From positions 186,001-250,000 of the forward strand of contig NIVC01000151.1 of the NCBI GenBank assembly GCA_002269645.1: a stretch of 64,000 bases of DNA, in the 5' to 3' direction. The notes beneath the pieces are model-generated. The model was given only the letters and a program-made list of their open reading frames with translations, was not told where the DNA came from and made no database searches. How positions within the stretch are numbered: the stretch's first letter is position 1; each line of letters starts with the position of its first letter. Shown piece after piece: positions 57,957-64,000 of the stretch. Source of the DNA: Macrostomum lignano. Its lineage: Eukaryota. The position numbers were made by a program, and so were the translations under genes.

Positions 57957-60171
57957 AATTGCTGGGCACTTAAACCAAAAACTGCATTGTCGGCTGATTT
58001 TCCATGCAAGAATGGCATTCTTGCACTCTTTTGCGTGCAGGAATGGATGTCTATGGTAAAATCTCACTGAAAAAGCATTAGGCGCAGAAATGCATTCCTG
58101 CACAGTTTTGTGCATTCCTGCACGATGAATCATCCGACAATGGAATTCCTTCACGTTCACTCGTGCGTGAAGGACATCGTGCACTCGTGCGCTAGCGCGC
58201 ACTCGTGCAGATGTCATTCCCGCACTCGTGACCGTGCAGGAATATATCATTCTTTTATCAGGGTGGACACTAAAATGGTAATAATTAAATCCACATGTCA
58301 TAAAGACTGAAAGTTGAAACAAAAATCTAGCAAAAAAAGCATTAACATAAAAATGTTTAAAAACTTTATAAACTTTTTAAAATCAACAAGCCCTTGGTTT
58401 ATAATTTGTATCAAATAAATAAGATAGCTTATATGCCTTGTATATCTTGCGAGCAATCCTGACTATAACAATAATACTTTAATTTTAGTAATGAGACTAA
58501 TAAAGTCAAGAATGCTGAAATTAAGCATAGTGAAGCTATACTACTATATATATGTCATTAAAAATACTAAACATCTAGCTGCAAGTGTTTTACTAGGTAT
58601 CAACCATGTCTAGGCTTGGCTTGGAGTCAAAGCATTCTGACTCAGCATCTCCAATAGCTAGGTACAGTGGTGGGTGAAGAAAAATTCTTTGCTCTCGGTC
58701 CTCTTAGTCTTAGTCTTAGATATATATATTGGTTCCAGAAGACTGAAGAGTTATTGATATTTATTTACAATCGCTTCAAGTGGGAAACTCAAATCAGAAT
58801 ATTAGGATCCGAAGCAACAATTAGGCTCAGCATTCATACGTAAAAACGATAAAGGAGTATCTGATTATTATTATTATACTGGTCGACAATCCAATGCACT
58901 TTAAAACGTTAAATCTAAAGCTACCCTGAAGGTTTCTTACAATTTTGTGAGTTTAAAACATCGCGCTACTGTAAAGTTTAGAAAAACAAAATCTACAAGT
59001 GCTTTGAGCACAAAATGATAAAAAAACAAAAAAATTTGCACAAAATTCTTCAAAATTTACTAAAACATAACCAAAAGCTGCTTTCAATGTCGTTCGTTGT
59101 TCTGATTTAATTATATTTTCATCGACTGAAATAATGAAAAATTTATCGCGTTCTGTCGATTCAGTGATTGTGTACGTAGTTCATTCATGATGGTGTTGGG
59201 ATTTACATTTTATTTTTTAACTATAGTAAGTACTGTAGGGTTTCTGCTGGTACTGCTATTTCAGTTGCACCGTTGGAGACTGATGTCTGAAACTTTACAT
59301 ACTAATCAAATCAATCAGTAGCCTAGGCCTAACCTAAAGCTAAATTATGAATTATGAACTATCTGTCTAGATAAGATATTCCAGACCTTATCTTTAGTAG
59401 TTCTTAAACCTAAAGTCTATCAGTATAGCCATATGGAGCCAGGAGGGAGGAGGCACTACTAAACTAACTAGGCCTACCGCCTAGGGCCTAGGCCTAGTTA
59501 GTTATGTTTTCAGTTTTAGTTATTGTAATAACAGTTTTCATATCCTATTTTAGCAAAAGTGACTAGCAATCTAGTGACTAGTGCCCCCCTTGGGGCGCGC
59601 AAGCAAGGAGCAAAAATTGTTCATTGAAAACAATTAAAAAAGCACATTTTCTTAAAAACCAATTCCTTCATTTTTCTAAATCACATTATCTGAATACAAT
59701 TGTGACAGACAAAGATGTTTACTATGAATGTCTTTTTTCTAAAAAACAGAAAGACAATGAAATAAAGTTTTCAAAAAGATAACAGACATTTGCCCTAAAT
59801 CAAAAACATCCCCAAGACAGGTAGACAGCAAGCATCCCCCAGGATAGTAGTCTAAGTATCCCCCTAGATAATAAGCATCCCCCTAGATAGCAAGCATCCA
59901 TCTAGATAGCAAGCATCCCCCCAGATAGCAAGCATCTACTTAGATAGCAAGCATCCCCCTAGACAAAAAGCATCTCCCAGATAGCAAGCATCCTCCTAGA
60001 CAAAAAGCATCCCCCAAATAGCTTGAAGCATCCTCCCAGATAGAAAGCATCGCCCCAGATAGCAAGCATCCCCCCAGACAAAAAGCATCCCCCAGATAGC
60101 AAGCATCCCCCCAGATAAAAAGCATCCCCTAAATAGTAGGCATCCCCCCAGATAGAAAGCATCTCCCTAGA

Positions 60172-60470
60172 CATACATGCGCAACAGTCGGCCGAGTCGG
60201 CCGATCCGGCCGACCGATTTGGCGGCCAACCAAGGAAGTCGCAAAAATGCCCACCTGAAAAAATAACCAAATAGTAGTACTAAGTAGCTGACGAGGCATT
60301 TTGGATTAATAACACAGTCATAGTTACTCCTGCCGTTTACCTAAAGTTGCGTTAATTTTGCTTTAGGGTTTTTTTTACATGTAAGTCGCATTTTTGGCCA
60401 AAAACTACGTCACATTTTTGTTAAAACTAAGTCGCATGGCCGACCGAATTTCGGAGGTTGCGCATGTATG
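60172..60470 (+). mobile_element. hAT-type MITE, copy 2
   Basis: TIR CATACATGCGCAA / TTGCGCATGTATG; perfect 8-bp TSD TCCCTAGA. Confidence 0.9.
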
Positions 60471-60493
60471 TCCCTAGATAGCAAGCATCTGTT

Positions 60494-60782
60494 CATACAT
60501 GCGCAACCTCCAAAATTTGGTTGGCCGTGTGACTTAGTTTTAACAAAAATGCGACATAGTTTTTGGCCAAAAATGCGACTTTCATCTAAAAAAACACAAT
60601 TAATGCAACTTTGGGTAAACGGCAGAAGTAACTATGACTGTCTTATAAAGCCAAAATGCCTCGTTAGCTACTTAGTACTACTACTTGGTGTTTTTTTCGG
60701 GTGGCATTTTTGCGACTTCCTTGGTTGACCGCCAAATCGGTCGGCCAGATCGGCCAACTCGGCTGACTGTTGCACATGTATG
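60494..60782 (-). mobile_element. hAT-type MITE, copy 3 (inverted)
   Basis: Same TIR, reverse orientation; perfect 8-bp TSD CATCTGTT. Confidence 0.9.
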
Positions 60783-60814
60783 CATCTGTTAATAGCAAGC
60801 ATCCCTGGATAGAA

Positions 60815-60915
60815 AGAATCATTGGTTTATCAAGTGTAGTAATCATTGGTTTATCAAGTGCAATAATCCTTGGTTTATCAAGTGCAATAATCCTTGGTTT
60901 ATCAAGTGCAGCAAT
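60815..60915. repeat. 24-bp repeat, ~4 copies
   Basis: AATCCTTGGTTTATCAAGTGCAAT-like unit. Confidence 0.75.
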
Positions 60916-61589
60916 CCTTAGGCCTAGTTTATTAAGCACTGTAATCCAGGTCTTTTCAATTAATCCTTTAATAAAAGCTTTTAATAAAAAGATAAATAAA
61001 AATAATTAAATAAATTTTTGCACTACTTTTATTATTACACTACTAAGATTCAAACCCAGGTCGTTGCATTAGTAGTCCAGTCTATTCAATTTACATATAG
61101 GCTAGCTCTCAGCAAAATTATAAGTGAATTTGTAGCACTTATAATTTAATACTCACACTAAATCAATTAGAGTAAAAGACACACAAAGCAATTATGACAT
61201 AATCAATTTCTAAGGCAAGTCAGTACTAGTCTCTATTAAAGTTAACAATAGGCCTATGGTTACGCAATATAAATCAAGTATTGTGCTATGCTTCCACACT
61301 GCATTTTCAATATTGTGACGCAATTCAATTGAGTCTCAAAATTTAGCCAGTATACAGACAATAAATAAAAAGCCTATTGTGATGCCATCTATTTTGGAAT
61401 CAGAATTCAACTTGTCAGTTTTTTTCTTAGCATTCTTACAATGCATTTCAAGTTGAAAGAGCTGCTTGAACTTTGCAAAAAAGCATGTTTTTCAAATATT
61501 TAATCCCTTTAGCATCAAGCAATCTTTTAGCCATAATGCAATAATGGAAAAAATTCTAATTAAACAGTGCAAGTTTGAACAAAATCAGA

Positions 61590-63406
61590 CTTTCATGCAT
61601 GCAATTGAACTATCTATAGTAATAGTTTTTAAAGACCCAGACAGTTACTAAAGAGCTGGGCACATGAGGGGAAAATGAAATTAACTAACTAACTAACAAG
61701 CAAAGCAAGACAAGGGCTCCTACAATAACAATTTTTTCTACTCTTTTTTGTTAACACAAATATATAATTAGACAGAACAAACTGTCTTACAAATACACAT
61801 CAATTGGTGACAAGGATTAACAACCTATGGCGGCTATGGCCCTACCAATATCTGGACTAGATAGTGCAGATAATAAAGACGATGCTACTATCTGCAGCAT
61901 TTGCTTGCAAACAATATTCATACCCCTTCTGCAAGAAACCTGCAGAAGCTAACAAGCACAGATACTATACTCTAGGAGGTTATGAAGGCTATCCAAAGCT
62001 CCCAAACAATTGATAAAAGAAGACAGAGCTCAAGGCCTTTGCATAGATGCAAGACTAACTGACAATAGAAAATGGAATCCTGATCCATGGTGAACAAATT
62101 GTGTTGCCCAGCAGCCTAGTCAAGACAATCCTAAAGTGTGCCCATGAAAGACACCTGGAAATTGTATAAATAAAATGACTTCTGCAATCAGCATACTGGT
62201 GGCCAGGTATGGATAGTGCCATAACAAACTGTCAAGTTGTGTCTACTATGCTAGGATAGTGCTAAGTTGCACAAAATTATCATGCCAAATGATAGACCAG
62301 TTGAAAAGCCTGGTCAAAGCTCGCAATTGACATCATCAGGTTGTTTGCAATTGCTCCACAAAATCAATGATTTATTGATTACTACTTGTCATATCTCGAG
62401 ATCCTCACTGGAGACACAAGATCACCAAGGCTAATCAACTGGCTGACAGAGGTCTTCAATCACTTCAGCAATCCTGATACCCTGGTATTTGACAACAGAA
62501 GCAGCTTTGTCTCTAGAGACATGGAGGACTTTCTCGCTTCATAAGATATTTGACACAAATATGTTCCACTGTATGAGCAAAGACAAAATGGCAAGGTGGA
62601 AATCTTCAATTGAATGCTGAAGCATGTGGCACAAACCTTTGAGGTTGAGCGGAAGAGTTTTGAAGAGGGCATGCAACATACTATATTCAGCTACTGCACA
62701 ATTCCAAATGAGAATGGAGATACACCTGCAAAACTGCTATTTGGCTGCAACATAAGAGCAAATTTCCAGCCTTGCAGAGCAACCAAGGTCAATGAAACAT
62801 AGAACAAGCTAGTGACCACATTAAAACAGGAACTGCAGCAAGTATTCAAGCAACACTTCAAAGTTGGTGATCTGGTATGTATTTGTTTGCCACATTTGCC
62901 AAAGGGCAGGTCCCCCTTTACCTCTCCATTCAAAGTCACCAAAGTGGTTGGCAACTTCATATACCAACTAGACAATGGGAAGGTTTGGACTGCGCCCAAC
63001 TTGGTACCATTCAGATGAGACAAAAAGCGACAGAACCAGTTGAGATACAGTCAAGTAGAGTGCACCAACAGCATGTCCATTGGTCCAAAAGACAAAATAA
63101 AGGAATGCCACTTAAGCAACTGATTGAGGAAGTATGAACAACCAAGTGGAGAGTGCACTATTTAAGGAGGAGGGAAGTTGATATGGATTTTAACTATGGA
63201 ATTTTACACATGCAGTTGAACTATCTATGGTCATAATTCTTGAAGACCCAGACAATTACTAAAGAGCTAGGCACACAAGGAAAAATGGAATTAACTAACT
63301 AATGAGCAGAGTAAGACAAGGGCTCCTATGATAACAAATTATTTCTAATCCTTTTTTTAACACAAATATACAATTAGATGGAACAAATTATTTTATAAAT
63401 ACATAT
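61590..63406 (+). mobile_element. Internally deleted, decayed Ty3/Gypsy LTR retrotransposon
   Basis: Diverged direct repeats at ~61590-61799 and ~63179-63406; PBS-like TGGTGACAAGGAT at 61805; PPT AAGGAGGAGGGAAG at 63164; integrase relics LTIENGILIHGEQIVLP, AHE.H, YWWPGM, NGKVEIFN, TPAKLLFG. Confidence 0.8.
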
Positions 63407-63519
63407 TACTAGGCTTATTAAAGAGTGGTTCTACAATATTAGATAAATTCATTTTAGTCAAAATCATATTATATATTGTCTATGGCCTAGGCCTAGCTGA
63501 AATTCAATTTTAAGTATCA

Positions 63520-63723
63520 GATTAAACATGCCTTTTGAGGGAGTTATTTGTATAAATCACGAGGGCCTGAGGCCTGAGGGATTTATGAAAATAACTCCCG
63601 AAAAAGGCATGTGTAATCTCGTATAAACCATAGACATTAAGACTTTGTGGGATATTATTGAATATTACCAAATAAAATCCCGGAGAACGCAAATATTGTC
63701 ACAGAAAGTCTTTATTTCTATGG
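63520..63723. repeat. Two adjacent imperfect inverted repeats (hairpins)
   Basis: GATTAAACATGCCTTTT..GGGAGTTATTT pairs with AAAATAACTCCCGAAAAAGGCATGTGTAATC (63520-63618); CCATAGACATTAAGACT pairs with AGTCTTTATTTCTATGG (63628-63723). Confidence 0.7.
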
Positions 63724-64000
63724 ATTATTTTTATTTAGTCTTTATGGCTACATCATGGCAAGATAAAAAGAGTCAAAAAGTGAGTAGTGCCTTAGAACTT
63801 GTTAATAGCCTAGCAATTATCCCATGTAGGCCTAGTGTATCTCTAACTATAATATTATTGATGTAATTGTCCAGTTATCAAATAGATAGTATACTAGCCT
63901 TAGGCATAGGTGTAGGCTGCATTCTGTAAGGCAATGAGCACAGAGCACTTATAGCTCGTATTTGCTGTTGGTCCATAGGCTAGTGTTAGGCTAGATGGAG

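Larger units (their letters stand above)
59820..60810. repeat. ~19-bp degenerate minisatellite interrupted by two MITEs
   Basis: Unit approximately AGATAGCAAGCATCCCCCC. Confidence 0.85.

Overview
Eukaryotic (animal) genomic DNA. The GC-rich exons, introns packed with 14-33 bp minisatellites and AT-rich transposon-filled spacers resemble the flatworm Macrostomum; the organism is my inference. Spliced genes were rebuilt by hand from GT-AG sites, and the exon phases close for each complete model: muscleblind/MBNL (minus, two CCCH zinc-finger exons, 3' end uncertain), PP2C/PPM1A-B (minus, 3 coding exons, 373 aa), TBL1X/ebi WD40 corepressor (plus, 10 exons, 509 aa), a calmodulin/myosin-light-chain-like EF-hand gene (minus, 2 exons, 165 aa), an orphan Q-rich single-exon ORF (minus, 221 aa) and insulin-degrading enzyme IDE (minus, 8 exons, 1031 aa). 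Mobile DNA includes a piggyBac with one nonsense codon, a full-length intron-containing hAT 114 bp upstream of the IDE ATG, a young hAT-type MITE family with perfect 8-bp TSDs, a mariner-type foldback MITE, RTE-LINE and Gypsy relics with heavy CpG decay, and two tRNA-like SINE relics. The most striking pattern is that almost every large intron carries its own private minisatellite, and several arrays are tandem amplifications of the splice site itself (donor arrays, acceptor arrays and a GT...branch...AG mini-intron array). There is no CRISPR array or rRNA and no convincing true tRNA. Most long ORFs in the supplied track are repeat artefacts.
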